Shown: positions 9,756 through 18,148 of the stretch, in pieces
How the letters are laid out: every line of letters begins with the position of its first letter
Position numbering within the stretch: position 1 is the stretch's first letter
Assembly: GCA_035712245.1 (NCBI GenBank)
Contig: DASTBC010000310.1
Coordinates: 1-54,776 of the forward strand
Source of the DNA: Candidatus Eiseniibacteriota bacterium
GTDB taxonomy: Bacteria; Eisenbacteria; RBG-16-71-46; SZUA-252
Direction of reading: 5' to 3'
DNA: 54,776 bases
Made by a program: the position numbers and the translations under genes
The notes under the pieces: model-generated
The model's input: only the letters and a program-made list of their open reading frames with translations
Databases searched by the model: none
Told to the model about the DNA's origin: nothing

Positions 9756-10220
9756 CTACTGGACGAGCGGAATCGACGCGGCCATCTCGTAGTCGATCAC
9801 CGCGTCCATCTTGTTCTCGATCTGGTAGAAGCGGACCACCTTCGTCGTGGCCATCGTCTTCGAGAACTTCTTCACGTAGGACTTGCGCAGGTTCAGCTTG
9901 TCCGCGCGCAGCTTCATCCAGTCGCTCAGGAGCGACTGCGCCTGCTTGTCCGTGAGGGAATCGGCGTTCGAGAAGTAGTTCTCGGCGACCGCCACGAGCT
10001 TGTCGTCGATCTTCCGGATGTCCTCCCGATAGGTGTTGTAGACCGGCCAGAAGGCGTTGCTCTCCGCTTCGGTCATCTGCATGAGCTTGGAGACGATCGC
10101 CTTGCGGTCGGCCTGGATCTGGGTGCGGGCCGCCTCGAGCTCGTCGGTGGCGGTCTGGGCCAGAGCCGGCGAGACCACGGTCATGGCCACGAGTAGGATT
10201 GCGAGGACCCGGGACATCAT
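9756..10220 (-). CDS. Periplasmic helical protein with one LTxxQ-like motif (possibly Spy/CpxP-like)
   Basis: ATG at 10220 preceded by AAGGAGA. Signal peptide MMSRVLAILLVAMTVVSPALAQ. Helical, charged sequence with ...DSLTDKQAQSLL.... Function is tentative. Confidence 0.6.
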   Translation of the reverse strand: MMSRVLAILLVAMTVVSPALAQTATDELEAARTQIQADRKAIVSKLMQMTEAESNAFWPVYNTYREDIRKIDDKLVAVAENYFSNADSLTDKQAQSLLSDWMKLRADKLNLRKSYVKKFSKTMATTKVVRFYQIENKMDAVIDYEMAASIPLVQ

Positions 10221-10406
10221 CGTTCTCTCCTTTCGCTGCACGTCGTTCATGACGAAGTCAGGTGGGGGACGATACCACAGCTCCCCTGGACCCTCCTTCC
10301 TCCCGAATCCCCATGTTCAAACACGTTTCGTTCTGATAGAACTCACCGCGGACCAAGGCCGTACGTGCCCAGACGCTGGGCTCATCGTCCCGAGGCTTGT
10401 CCCAGG

Positions 10407-11192
10407 ATGGTTCCAAACGTCATCGCGCGCCTGCGCACCACAGGCTTCCTGCTCCTTCTCCTGGGCGGCCAACTCCTGATCGTGACCCCTGGCCATGCGG
10501 ATCTCGACGAGTCGAGAGACAGCTCCTTCGACGTCTCTCTCTACCTCCTCGGCGCCGCGATGACCGGCGACGTGGCGGTCGGATTCGTACAGGCGGATCT
10601 GAACGTCGGCTTCGACGAGATCGTGGACCACATGGAGTTCGGTGTCATGGGTTTTGGCCGTCTGCGAAGCGGGCACTGGTCGTTCACGGCCGAGTTCATG
10701 TACATGGGGCTTGGCGCGTCGAAGGACTTCGCGAGCTCGAACTTCGACCAGTGGATCGCCGAGCCCCGCATTGGGTACCGGGTTACGCCGTGGCTGGAGC
10801 CGCTCGCCGGGGTCCGGTACAACAGTCTCTCCGGCGAGGTCATCGGATCTCTCGGCCGGAATCCGTCGGGAACTCAGGACTGGTGGGACCCCATCGTCGG
10901 GGCCACGGCGACCGTGCCCGTGAGCCGCGCCGTCTCACTCGCGCTTCACGGCGACATCGGTGGCTTTGGAGTCGGCTCGGATCTCACCTGGCAAGCCCAT
11001 CCCTACGTCGACTGGGTCTTCATGCCGAACGCGTCGCTCCAGGCGGGCTACCGCTGGCTCGATGTCGACTATGAATTCTCAAAGCCCGCCCCGGGGCGCG
11101 CGATTCCATGGTTGGGGAGCGGCGACTACGACTTCCGGTGGGACGTCCTCACCCAGGGGCCGCAGGTGGGCGTCACCGTGCGGCTGCGCTGA
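10407..11192 (+). CDS. Outer-membrane beta-barrel protein (first gene of a tightly packed six-gene envelope operon)
   Basis: ATG at 10407 gives signal peptide MVPNVIARLRTTGFLLLLLGGQLLIVTPGHA (alternative GTG at 10365). Beta-strand pattern ending ...GPQVGVTVRLR. Confidence 0.75.
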   Translation: MVPNVIARLRTTGFLLLLLGGQLLIVTPGHADLDESRDSSFDVSLYLLGAAMTGDVAVGFVQADLNVGFDEIVDHMEFGVMGFGRLRSGHWSFTAEFMYMGLGASKDFASSNFDQWIAEPRIGYRVTPWLEPLAGVRYNSLSGEVIGSLGRNPSGTQDWWDPIVGATATVPVSRAVSLALHGDIGGFGVGSDLTWQAHPYVDWVFMPNASLQAGYRWLDVDYEFSKPAPGRAIPWLGSGDYDFRWDVLTQGPQVGVTVRLR

Positions 11193-11193
11193 G

Positions 11194-11871
11194 ATGAGCG
11201 CCTTGACCGCTCGACATCGCGTGACGGCGCGCGTGCGGAGTGGAGCCGTTCTCCTGCTCGCGGCCGCGCTCCTCGGCGTCGCGCTCCCATCCCGGTGCCT
11301 GGCGCTCGAGGAGCATGTCCGCGACGGTTGGGTCGCGGGAATCGGCTTTGGCTTCGGCCGCGCGAAGTTCCAGGGCGGCGAGGCGCTGAATCGCATCGAC
11401 ACCGGCTGGGAAGAGGGCACCACGCCGAGGCTCCGGCTGGGCCACATGCTCGGGAAGCGCGTGATGCTCGGCTACGAGCAGTTCCAGTGGTTCGACGAGC
11501 AGGGGCTCGGGACGGCGGCCATCCGCGTGAGCGCGCAGACCTTCGGCGCGGCGCTCACCTTCTTCCCCGGGAACCCTCGCGGCGAGACCGGCGGGATCTA
11601 CCTCCGGGCCGGCGCGGGATTCGCCAGCGCGCGGATCGCGGTCATGCCGGACGCGATCGGTGGCGTCGACACCACGGATACGGGACATCACGAGGAGCAC
11701 CTCGACGAGGGCGGCACCGCCTTCATGCTCGGAGGCGGGTACGAGTTCCGCCTCGCCAAGCCCGTCGCGCTCGGCCTCGACGTGACCGCTCATTATCACT
11801 CGATCAAGCAGGAGTTCTTCGACGAGATCTGGTTCGTTCCCGTGACGGCAGGGCTCACGTGGTACTTCTAG
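11194..11871 (+). CDS. Outer-membrane beta-barrel protein
   Basis: ATG at 11194, 1 nt after the upstream TGA (TGAGATG). Signal peptide ...AVLLLAAALLGVALPSRCLA. C-terminal ...VPVTAGLTWYF with terminal Phe, typical of OMPs. Confidence 0.8.
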   Translation: MSALTARHRVTARVRSGAVLLLAAALLGVALPSRCLALEEHVRDGWVAGIGFGFGRAKFQGGEALNRIDTGWEEGTTPRLRLGHMLGKRVMLGYEQFQWFDEQGLGTAAIRVSAQTFGAALTFFPGNPRGETGGIYLRAGAGFASARIAVMPDAIGGVDTTDTGHHEEHLDEGGTAFMLGGGYEFRLAKPVALGLDVTAHYHSIKQEFFDEIWFVPVTAGLTWYF

Positions 11872-13016
11872 CCCGCGCGGCGCTGGCCGCGGCCCTGCTC
11901 TCTCTCGCGGTTTCACCTCCGGCTGCGGCCCAGGAAGCGAAGCACCATCCCGTCAACCTGACGTTCCTCTATCCCATCGGGACGAACCAGGATCCCAACG
12001 TCTCGACCACGTTCCAGCTCTCCGCCCTTCACGGGCGCGTGGGATCGCTGCGCGGCCTCGGGGTCAACGGGGTCGTCTCGATGGTGGAACGGGACATGCG
12101 CGGCATCCAGCTCACCGGCGTGTACTCGCAGGTGGGCGGTGATTCCAGGGGCCTGCGCGTCACCGGAGCGGCGAACTACACGAGGGGCGACGCGAGCGGC
12201 ATCCACCTCGGCGGGATCGCCAACGTGAACCGGGGCGGGGTACGGGGACTCCAGCTCGGCGGCCTCATGAACCTGGTCGGCGGGAGCATGGGCGGCATTC
12301 AGATGTCCGCGCTCGCGAACGTGATCGATCAGGGCGCCAAGGGATTTCAGCTCTCCGGCTTTGCCAACGCGGTCGGGGGTCCGGTCGACGGCTGGCAGCT
12401 CGCGCCGGGGTTCAACTACGCCGCGGGCGGGCTCGTCGGACTCCAGCTGGGCGGTGCGAACGTCGCGCCGCGCATGGAAGGAACGCAGATCGGTATCGCC
12501 AACTTCGCGGCGCGCTCGACCGGGCTCCAGGCGGGCGTGTTCAACCGCGCCGAGGAGCAGCGCGGGATCCCGTTCGGAATGGTCAATCTCGCGCGGAACG
12601 GCGACGCGGACTGGGTGAGCTACGGCAGCAACATCTCGGGCTTCAACACGGGCGTGCGCACGTCCATCCGGCGGTTCTATTCCATGCTGACGGCCGGCCT
12701 GCCGGACGTGCAGGGGGACGTGAGCCAGTCCCTGATCCTGACGTGGAACTACGGATACGCGATCCCCGCCGGGGAGCGGACCAGCATCGGCGTCGATCTG
12801 GGATTCGCGCATTACATTCCGGAGAAGGTGGACGATCCAAACGAGAACGACCGGCTCCACTACGCGCTCCAGGCCCGAGCGCTCGCGGAGCGGACACTCA
12901 GCCAGAAGATGAAGGGATTCGTGGGGGCCGGCGTCGCCCGCATCTCGGACGACTACCGGCTCGACGCACCGTTCACGACCGAGCCGCTCTTCTTCGGCGG
13001 CGTGGCGCTCTACTAG
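11859..13016 (+). CDS. Secreted surface-repeat protein with about 11 tandem G-[IL]-Q-[LM]-x-G repeats (resembles LA_2272-type repeat proteins)
   Basis: The only in-frame start after the upstream gene is GTG at 11859 (13-nt overlap). It gives the signal peptide (M)VLLARAALAAALLSLAVSPPAAAQE. Repeats are 15-17 aa. The first 188 codons of the track ORF overlap real genes in other frames. Confidence 0.7.
   Translation: MVLLARAALAAALLSLAVSPPAAAQEAKHHPVNLTFLYPIGTNQDPNVSTTFQLSALHGRVGSLRGLGVNGVVSMVERDMRGIQLTGVYSQVGGDSRGLRVTGAANYTRGDASGIHLGGIANVNRGGVRGLQLGGLMNLVGGSMGGIQMSALANVIDQGAKGFQLSGFANAVGGPVDGWQLAPGFNYAAGGLVGLQLGGANVAPRMEGTQIGIANFAARSTGLQAGVFNRAEEQRGIPFGMVNLARNGDADWVSYGSNISGFNTGVRTSIRRFYSMLTAGLPDVQGDVSQSLILTWNYGYAIPAGERTSIGVDLGFAHYIPEKVDDPNENDRLHYALQARALAERTLSQKMKGFVGAGVARISDDYRLDAPFTTEPLFFGGVALY
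12009..12602 (+). repeat. Coding tandem repeats (15-17 aa period): RGIQLTGV.., RGLRVTGA.., GIHLGGIA.., RGLQLGGL.., GGIQMSAL.., GFQLSGFA.., GWQLAPGF.., GLQLGGAN.., GTQIGIAN.., GLQAGVFN..
   Basis: Periodicity read directly from the translated ORF. Confidence 0.75.
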
Positions 13017-13018
13017 CG

Positions 13019-14518
13019 ATGAGGGCCGGCGTGCTGGATTCGAGAACGGAAACGGAAGAGACGGAGTCCGTGCGGAAGCGGCGGATTCGCTCGTGGCTCG
13101 CTCGCACCATGTGGGCCGCGCTCCTCCTGCTCGGCCTCCTGACCGCGGCGCTCACGCTCGTGACGCCGCCGGCCGCCGCGCAGCTCCTCCCGGACTCCAC
13201 CTCGGCGCTTCACGCCGATCGGCCGGCCGAGGGGGCGGACACCTATGTGGCCGTCCGGCGTCCGTGGCTCGCTGCGGGCGAGGTGGTCGCCGCCAACGCG
13301 GTGGTCTGGATCTACGACCGGTACATCCGCGAGGGTGGCACGAATCCCGGATTCCGCATCGGCTTCAATTCGTTCGAGGAGAACATCAAGAACGGGTTCG
13401 AGTGGGATGACAACAACTTCTCCACCAACCAGTTCGCCCACCCGTTCCATGGCAGCCTCTACTTCAACGCCGCGCGATCGAATGGACTGACCTACTGGGA
13501 GTCGATCCCGTTCGCCTGGGCGGGAAGCTTCATGTGGGAGTACTTCGGCGAGGTGCATCACGCGTCGATGAACGACTGGATCGCGACGAGCATGGGAGGC
13601 AACACGCTGGGCGAGGCGCTGCACCGCTTCTCCGTCATGATGACCGACAACACCGCGACCGGATCCGGCCGGACGTGGGGGGAAGTCGGAGGCACGCTCG
13701 TCAACCCCGTGCGCGGATTCACGCGGCTCGTGACCGGCGACTTCAACCGCGTGCACCCCAACCCTCCGGACCGCTTTCCCCGTGCCAGCGCGATCTCCTA
13801 CCGTGCCGGCCTTCGCACCGTGGGACAGGATCACCTGTGGAGCGCGGACACGACCCGCGTGTTCATGGAGCTCGCCGCGAGCATGGGGGATCCGTTCCTC
13901 GGGGACCGGGAGAAGCCGTTCGACTCGTTCGACTTCGGGCTCCAGCTCAACTTCGGTGACAAGGCCACCCTCGGCCGCGCGCAGGCATCGGGACTTCTCT
14001 TCGCGTCTCCCGTGATGGGGACCGAGGACTCGCGGCATCTGGTCGGAGCGTCGCAACAGTTCGACTACTTCAACAACAACGCGTTCGAGCTGGGAGGCCA
14101 GAGCCTGGCCGCGTCCTTCTTCTCCCAGATGAAGGCCAGCGAGGAATTCGCGGTGCGCACGCAGCTCCACGTGAACGCCGTCGTGATGGCGGGAGTCTCG
14201 GCGGACTACGAGTCCATCTCGGGTCGCGAGTACGATTTCGGCCCCGGCCTCGGCTTCCGGTTCGGGGGAACGTTCTACTACAACCGCCATCCGTTCCTGA
14301 CCCTCACGCACAGCCAGTTCTGGATCCACTCCGTCAACGGGAACTCCGCCGAGCACGTCGTCAGCGGCAGCCGGGCGCGGGTGGACATCCCCCTCACGCG
14401 AGGGTTCTCCATCGGGGCCGACTACGTGCTATACCTAGCGGACCGGAACTACCGGGATTTCCCGGACGTACACGAGCGGGTCCCCGAGCTCCGGACCGGT
14501 ATCTCCTTCAACCTCTAG
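13019..14518 (+). CDS. Secreted/outer-membrane protein, DUF3943-like
   Basis: ATG at 13019 (aa 93 of the track ORF), 2 nt after the upstream TAG. Signal/anchor ...MWAALLLLGLLTAALTLVTPPAAAQ. ...FEWDDNNFSTNQFAHPFHGSLYFNAAR... matches the DUF3943 motif as I recall it. C-terminal half is beta-strand rich. Confidence 0.7.
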   Translation: MRAGVLDSRTETEETESVRKRRIRSWLARTMWAALLLLGLLTAALTLVTPPAAAQLLPDSTSALHADRPAEGADTYVAVRRPWLAAGEVVAANAVVWIYDRYIREGGTNPGFRIGFNSFEENIKNGFEWDDNNFSTNQFAHPFHGSLYFNAARSNGLTYWESIPFAWAGSFMWEYFGEVHHASMNDWIATSMGGNTLGEALHRFSVMMTDNTATGSGRTWGEVGGTLVNPVRGFTRLVTGDFNRVHPNPPDRFPRASAISYRAGLRTVGQDHLWSADTTRVFMELAASMGDPFLGDREKPFDSFDFGLQLNFGDKATLGRAQASGLLFASPVMGTEDSRHLVGASQQFDYFNNNAFELGGQSLAASFFSQMKASEEFAVRTQLHVNAVVMAGVSADYESISGREYDFGPGLGFRFGGTFYYNRHPFLTLTHSQFWIHSVNGNSAEHVVSGSRARVDIPLTRGFSIGADYVLYLADRNYRDFPDVHERVPELRTGISFNL

Positions 14519-14585
14519 GGCCTCCGGGCGATCCAACCGGAGGCTGGTCGTTCGCCGGATCACGCAAGGAAAGGATGGAAACCCT

Positions 14586-15212
14586 ATGAAGAGCAGCCGG
14601 GCCGTTGTTGCCGTTCTCGCGCTGACGCTTGCCGCGACCTCGTGCGGCACTTCCAGCACCCTCACGCAGCGGTGGTCGGACGAGAGCTACCAGGGCTCCC
14701 CGGGTCAGAAGATGATGGTCATCGCCCTGACACCCGCGGAGCGGAACATGCTGATCTGGGAAGGCGCCTTCTCGAGCGCCCTGTCCAAGTACGGCGTGCA
14801 GCCGATCCCGGGGTCCAAGACGTTCCCGTTCGGTCAGAAGATCGAGGAGTCCGTGCTGAAGCAGGGCATCCGTGAGTCAGGGGCCAACCTCGTCGCGGTG
14901 ACGCGGGTTCTCGCGGTCGACAAGGAGCAGGAGTACGTGCCCGGGTCGTCGTACTACACGCCGGCGCCCGGCTACTACGGGATGTACGGGTACTACCATA
15001 GCTCGTACGCCTTCGTGAGCAGCCCCGGGTACATCCAGGAGAACACGATCGTCAAGCTCGAGACGAACGTCTACGACGTGAATACCGAGAAGCTCGTGTG
15101 GAGCGGCGTCTCGGAGACGCTCAATCCCGAGACCGCGCAGGACGTGGCGAACTCGGTCGCGATCATGCTCGTGGACGACATGAAGAAGAGCAAGGTCATC
15201 CAGAAGGGCTGA
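14586..15212 (+). CDS. Lipoprotein, DUF4136-like
   Basis: ATG preceded by AAGGAAAGGA. Lipobox-like LTLAATS-C at Cys20. Tyr/Gly-rich loop PAPGYYGMYGYYHSSY. Confidence 0.7.
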   Translation: MKSSRAVVAVLALTLAATSCGTSSTLTQRWSDESYQGSPGQKMMVIALTPAERNMLIWEGAFSSALSKYGVQPIPGSKTFPFGQKIEESVLKQGIRESGANLVAVTRVLAVDKEQEYVPGSSYYTPAPGYYGMYGYYHSSYAFVSSPGYIQENTIVKLETNVYDVNTEKLVWSGVSETLNPETAQDVANSVAIMLVDDMKKSKVIQKG

Positions 15213-15214
15213 GC

Positions 15215-15916
15215 ATGAACGCGATCGTGCGCACCCTCGCGCCGGCGCTCGCCGCGGCTGCCCTGCTCTGCATGGCCGGGAGCGCCCGCGCCCAGGATCC
15301 GGACCTGGAGCCGCCTGAGGATACGAGGAGCGGCTCGACGGAGCTGACCCTCTACGGGGGCGGGTACTTCGGCGGCACCGTCTACGCCGGGACGAGCGGG
15401 ACGATCGTGCGGGACGTCCAGGTGGGAGACGACTGGGCCTACGGCGCCCGGCTCGGATATGTCTTCAACCGGACCGTGGGCGTCGAGCTCGGCTACGGCC
15501 GGTCCACGTCCGGCCTCACGGTCGACTCCGGCGGAGGGTTCCAGTCCTCCTCGCTCGGCGAGCTGACCGAGAACCGCTACGAGCTGAACCTGAACTTCTA
15601 CCTGAGCCCGCGGGAGATGCGGTTCTTCTTCACCGCCGGCGGGGGCGCGACCCACTTCAGCGCGGACCTGAACGACGGCCAGGGCAACACCGCGTCGGCG
15701 AGCGACACGCGGTTCACGAGCAACCTCGGGCTCGGCTTCCAGTACGACGCCAGCGAGAAGGTGGGGCTCCGGATCGACGGGCGGTGGCGCTACACGGACA
15801 CCAATACCGGCGGGAGCGACATCACCTGCGACGTGTACGGGTTCTGCTACGAGTACGACAACTCCTCGTACTCGAGCGCGGAGATCGCGGCGGGGCTGAC
15901 CTACCAGCTCCGCTGA
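15215..15916 (+). CDS. Outer-membrane beta-barrel protein (OmpA-barrel/porin-family-like)
   Basis: ATG at 15215, 2 nt after the upstream TGA. Signal peptide MNAIVRTLAPALAAAALLCMAGSARAQD. G-Y-rich beta strands ending ...AEIAAGLTYQLR. Confidence 0.8.
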   Translation: MNAIVRTLAPALAAAALLCMAGSARAQDPDLEPPEDTRSGSTELTLYGGGYFGGTVYAGTSGTIVRDVQVGDDWAYGARLGYVFNRTVGVELGYGRSTSGLTVDSGGGFQSSSLGELTENRYELNLNFYLSPREMRFFFTAGGGATHFSADLNDGQGNTASASDTRFTSNLGLGFQYDASEKVGLRIDGRWRYTDTNTGGSDITCDVYGFCYEYDNSSYSSAEIAAGLTYQLR

Positions 15917-16030
15917 ACGGCAGCGCGCGAACCCGAGCGCCCGCGTGCCCGGAGGGATCCGGCGCTCGGGCGTCGGCGCGTTCACGGCGACTACCGTCGT
16001 GCTCCGCCCGGTGGTAGACTCCCGCGGAAC

Positions 16031-16909
16031 GTGCCGACCCGCTACCCGAAATGCCTCCGGGACCCGGCAGCCTGCCAGGCCCGGACCCGCCCCTCGCTGT
16101 GCGCCCGAGCCGCGTGCGCCCTCCTCGCCCCGCTCCTCGCCGCGTCCGCGGGGTGCGCGCACAATTACACGGCGGACGTCGCTCCGCGCTATGCCGGGGG
16201 ACTCCGGCATCTGATCCCACGAACCTCGGTGGATACGCTTCGGGTGGTCAGCTTCAACCTGGAGCACGGCCGCCGCGTGCAGGAGGCGACGGATCTCCTC
16301 CGCCGCGAGCCGCGTCTGCGGGAAGCCGACATCCTCCTTCTCCAAGAGATGGACGCCCGCGGAACGGCCCGGATCGCCGCGGCCCTGGGCTACGCCTGGG
16401 TCTACTATCCCGCCACGCGGCACCCTTCGACGGGGCGCGACTTCGGCAATGCCGTGCTCTCCAAGCTCCCGATCGAATCCGACCGCAAGGTGATCCTGCC
16501 GCATCTCGCCCGGATCGGCCGGACACAGCGGATCGCGGTCGGCGCCACGCTCCGCTGGAACGGCCGTCCGCTTCGCGTCTACAGCCTCCATCTCGCGACG
16601 TTCGCGGGAAACGGGCCGAAGGCTCGCCGCCAGCAGCTCGAGGCGGTGCTCGCGGACGCGGACAGCTTCGAGTACGTCGTCGTGGGGGGAGACTTCAACA
16701 GCGAGAGCCTTCCCAAGCGAGCGGCGGAGCTCGGGTACCACTGGCCGACCCGGAAGCTTCCTCCCACGAGCGTGGCGGGCACCATCGATCACTTCGTCAC
16801 CCAGGGACTCACCCTCGCGGACACCCTGAGCGTGGGCGTGATCCCGAAGATCCGGGATATCAGCGACCACAAGCCGATCTGGGCGCGGCTCGTTGCCCGG
16901 GAGTCCTGA
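16031..16909 (+). CDS. Endonuclease/exonuclease/phosphatase (EEP) family protein, probable lipoprotein
   Basis: ...LRVVSFNLEHG..., ...ADILLLQE..., ...VVGGDFNS... and ...SDHKPIWARL are the conserved EEP catalytic blocks. N-terminal ...LLAPLLAASAG-C. GTG start at 16031 is uncertain. Confidence 0.8.
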   Translation: MPTRYPKCLRDPAACQARTRPSLCARAACALLAPLLAASAGCAHNYTADVAPRYAGGLRHLIPRTSVDTLRVVSFNLEHGRRVQEATDLLRREPRLREADILLLQEMDARGTARIAAALGYAWVYYPATRHPSTGRDFGNAVLSKLPIESDRKVILPHLARIGRTQRIAVGATLRWNGRPLRVYSLHLATFAGNGPKARRQQLEAVLADADSFEYVVVGGDFNSESLPKRAAELGYHWPTRKLPPTSVAGTIDHFVTQGLTLADTLSVGVIPKIRDISDHKPIWARLVARES

Positions 16910-16930
16910 ATCCCCATTCCGTGTAGCGCC

Positions 16931-18061
16931 ATGCGAGCGCGTGGAGACGGCGCTCGGCTCGTTCTCGCGGCGCTCGCCCTCGCGGTCCCGATCGGGATCG
17001 CCTCCTGCGGAAAGCGTCCGTCCGCGGAGCGCGCGAGCTCGGGCTCGATCCTCGTCACCGAGTTCCTTCCCACCGTGGAGGACTCGGCGCGCCCGGAGGG
17101 CGACTCGCCGGAGGGAATGGTCTGGATCCCGGGCGGCGAGTTCTCCATGGGCGCCGCGGACGTGCCCGGTGGGAACGAGGTCGATGCCCACGCGGTCTTG
17201 GACTCGCGGCCCGTTCATCGGGTCCACGTGGACGGGTTCTGGATGGACCGTACCGAGGTCACGAACGACCAGTTCGCGCGCTTCGTCGCGGCCACCGGGT
17301 ACCTGACGGTGGCCGAACGCGTCCCGCGGGTGGAGGACTATCCGGGTGCTCCTCCCGAGAATCTGGTCGCGGGCTCGGTGGTGTTCGAGAGACCGGACAC
17401 CGCGGTCGCGCTGAACGACAGGTACCAGTGGTGGATCTACCGGCCTGGTGCGAGCTGGCGACATCCCCAGGGGCCGGGCAGCGATGTCCGGGGCAAGGGG
17501 AGTCATCCCGTCGTCCACATCGCATTCGAGGACGCGCGAGCCTACGCGGTATGGGCCGGAAAGCGCCTCCCGACCGAAGCCGAGTGGGAGTTCGCCGCTC
17601 GAGGCGGCATCGCGGGCGCGCTCTATCCGTGGGGAAACGAGCTTCGCCCCGAAGGCGTCTGGCACGCGAACATCTTCCAGGGCCAGTTCCCGGACCGGGA
17701 CAGGGCCGAGGACGGATTTGCAGGCCTGGCTCCGGTGGGGCAGTATGCACCCAACGGGTACGGGCTCCTCGACGTGGCCGGGAACGCCTGGGAGTGGGTG
17801 AGCGACTGGTATCGCTCCGACACGTATGCGGAGCGCGCCGCACCGGGGGTCATCGCCCGCAATCCGGTCGGACCCCCGTCGTCGCACGACCCGGCCGAGC
17901 CGGGAATACCCAAACGCGTTCATCGAGGCGGATCGTTCCTCTGCACCGACCAGTACTGTTCGCGCTACCTGGTGGGAACGCGGAGCAAGGGGGCCGTCGA
18001 CACGGGCACCGACCATCTGGGCTTTCGCTGCGCGCGATCTCCGCGTGCGGCCGGGGAGTGA
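16931..18061 (+). CDS. Formylglycine-generating enzyme (FGE/SUMF1) family protein, lipoprotein
   Basis: Lipobox PIGIAS-C. MVWIPGGEFSMG, ...RLPTEAEWEFAARGG..., ...GNAWEWVSDWY..., ...RVHRGGSFLC... and ...HLGFRC are hallmark FGE-sulfatase blocks. Confidence 0.85.
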   Translation: MRARGDGARLVLAALALAVPIGIASCGKRPSAERASSGSILVTEFLPTVEDSARPEGDSPEGMVWIPGGEFSMGAADVPGGNEVDAHAVLDSRPVHRVHVDGFWMDRTEVTNDQFARFVAATGYLTVAERVPRVEDYPGAPPENLVAGSVVFERPDTAVALNDRYQWWIYRPGASWRHPQGPGSDVRGKGSHPVVHIAFEDARAYAVWAGKRLPTEAEWEFAARGGIAGALYPWGNELRPEGVWHANIFQGQFPDRDRAEDGFAGLAPVGQYAPNGYGLLDVAGNAWEWVSDWYRSDTYAERAAPGVIARNPVGPPSSHDPAEPGIPKRVHRGGSFLCTDQYCSRYLVGTRSKGAVDTGTDHLGFRCARSPRAAGE

Positions 18062-18148
18062 CGGAGTGGCGGAACGGCGGTGCGCTGAGGCCATGCCGCG
18101 AGGCTGGACGGTCGTGAGCAGGAAGGATGGCCGGACGCGGGTCTTCCC

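Noticed and set aside
15932-15970. 10-bp inverted repeat CCCGAGCGCC/GGCGCTCGGG after the OMP operon as a terminator
   Set aside because: The loop is 18 nt and there is no T-tract. It may still slow transcription, but the evidence is too weak to annotate it as a terminator.
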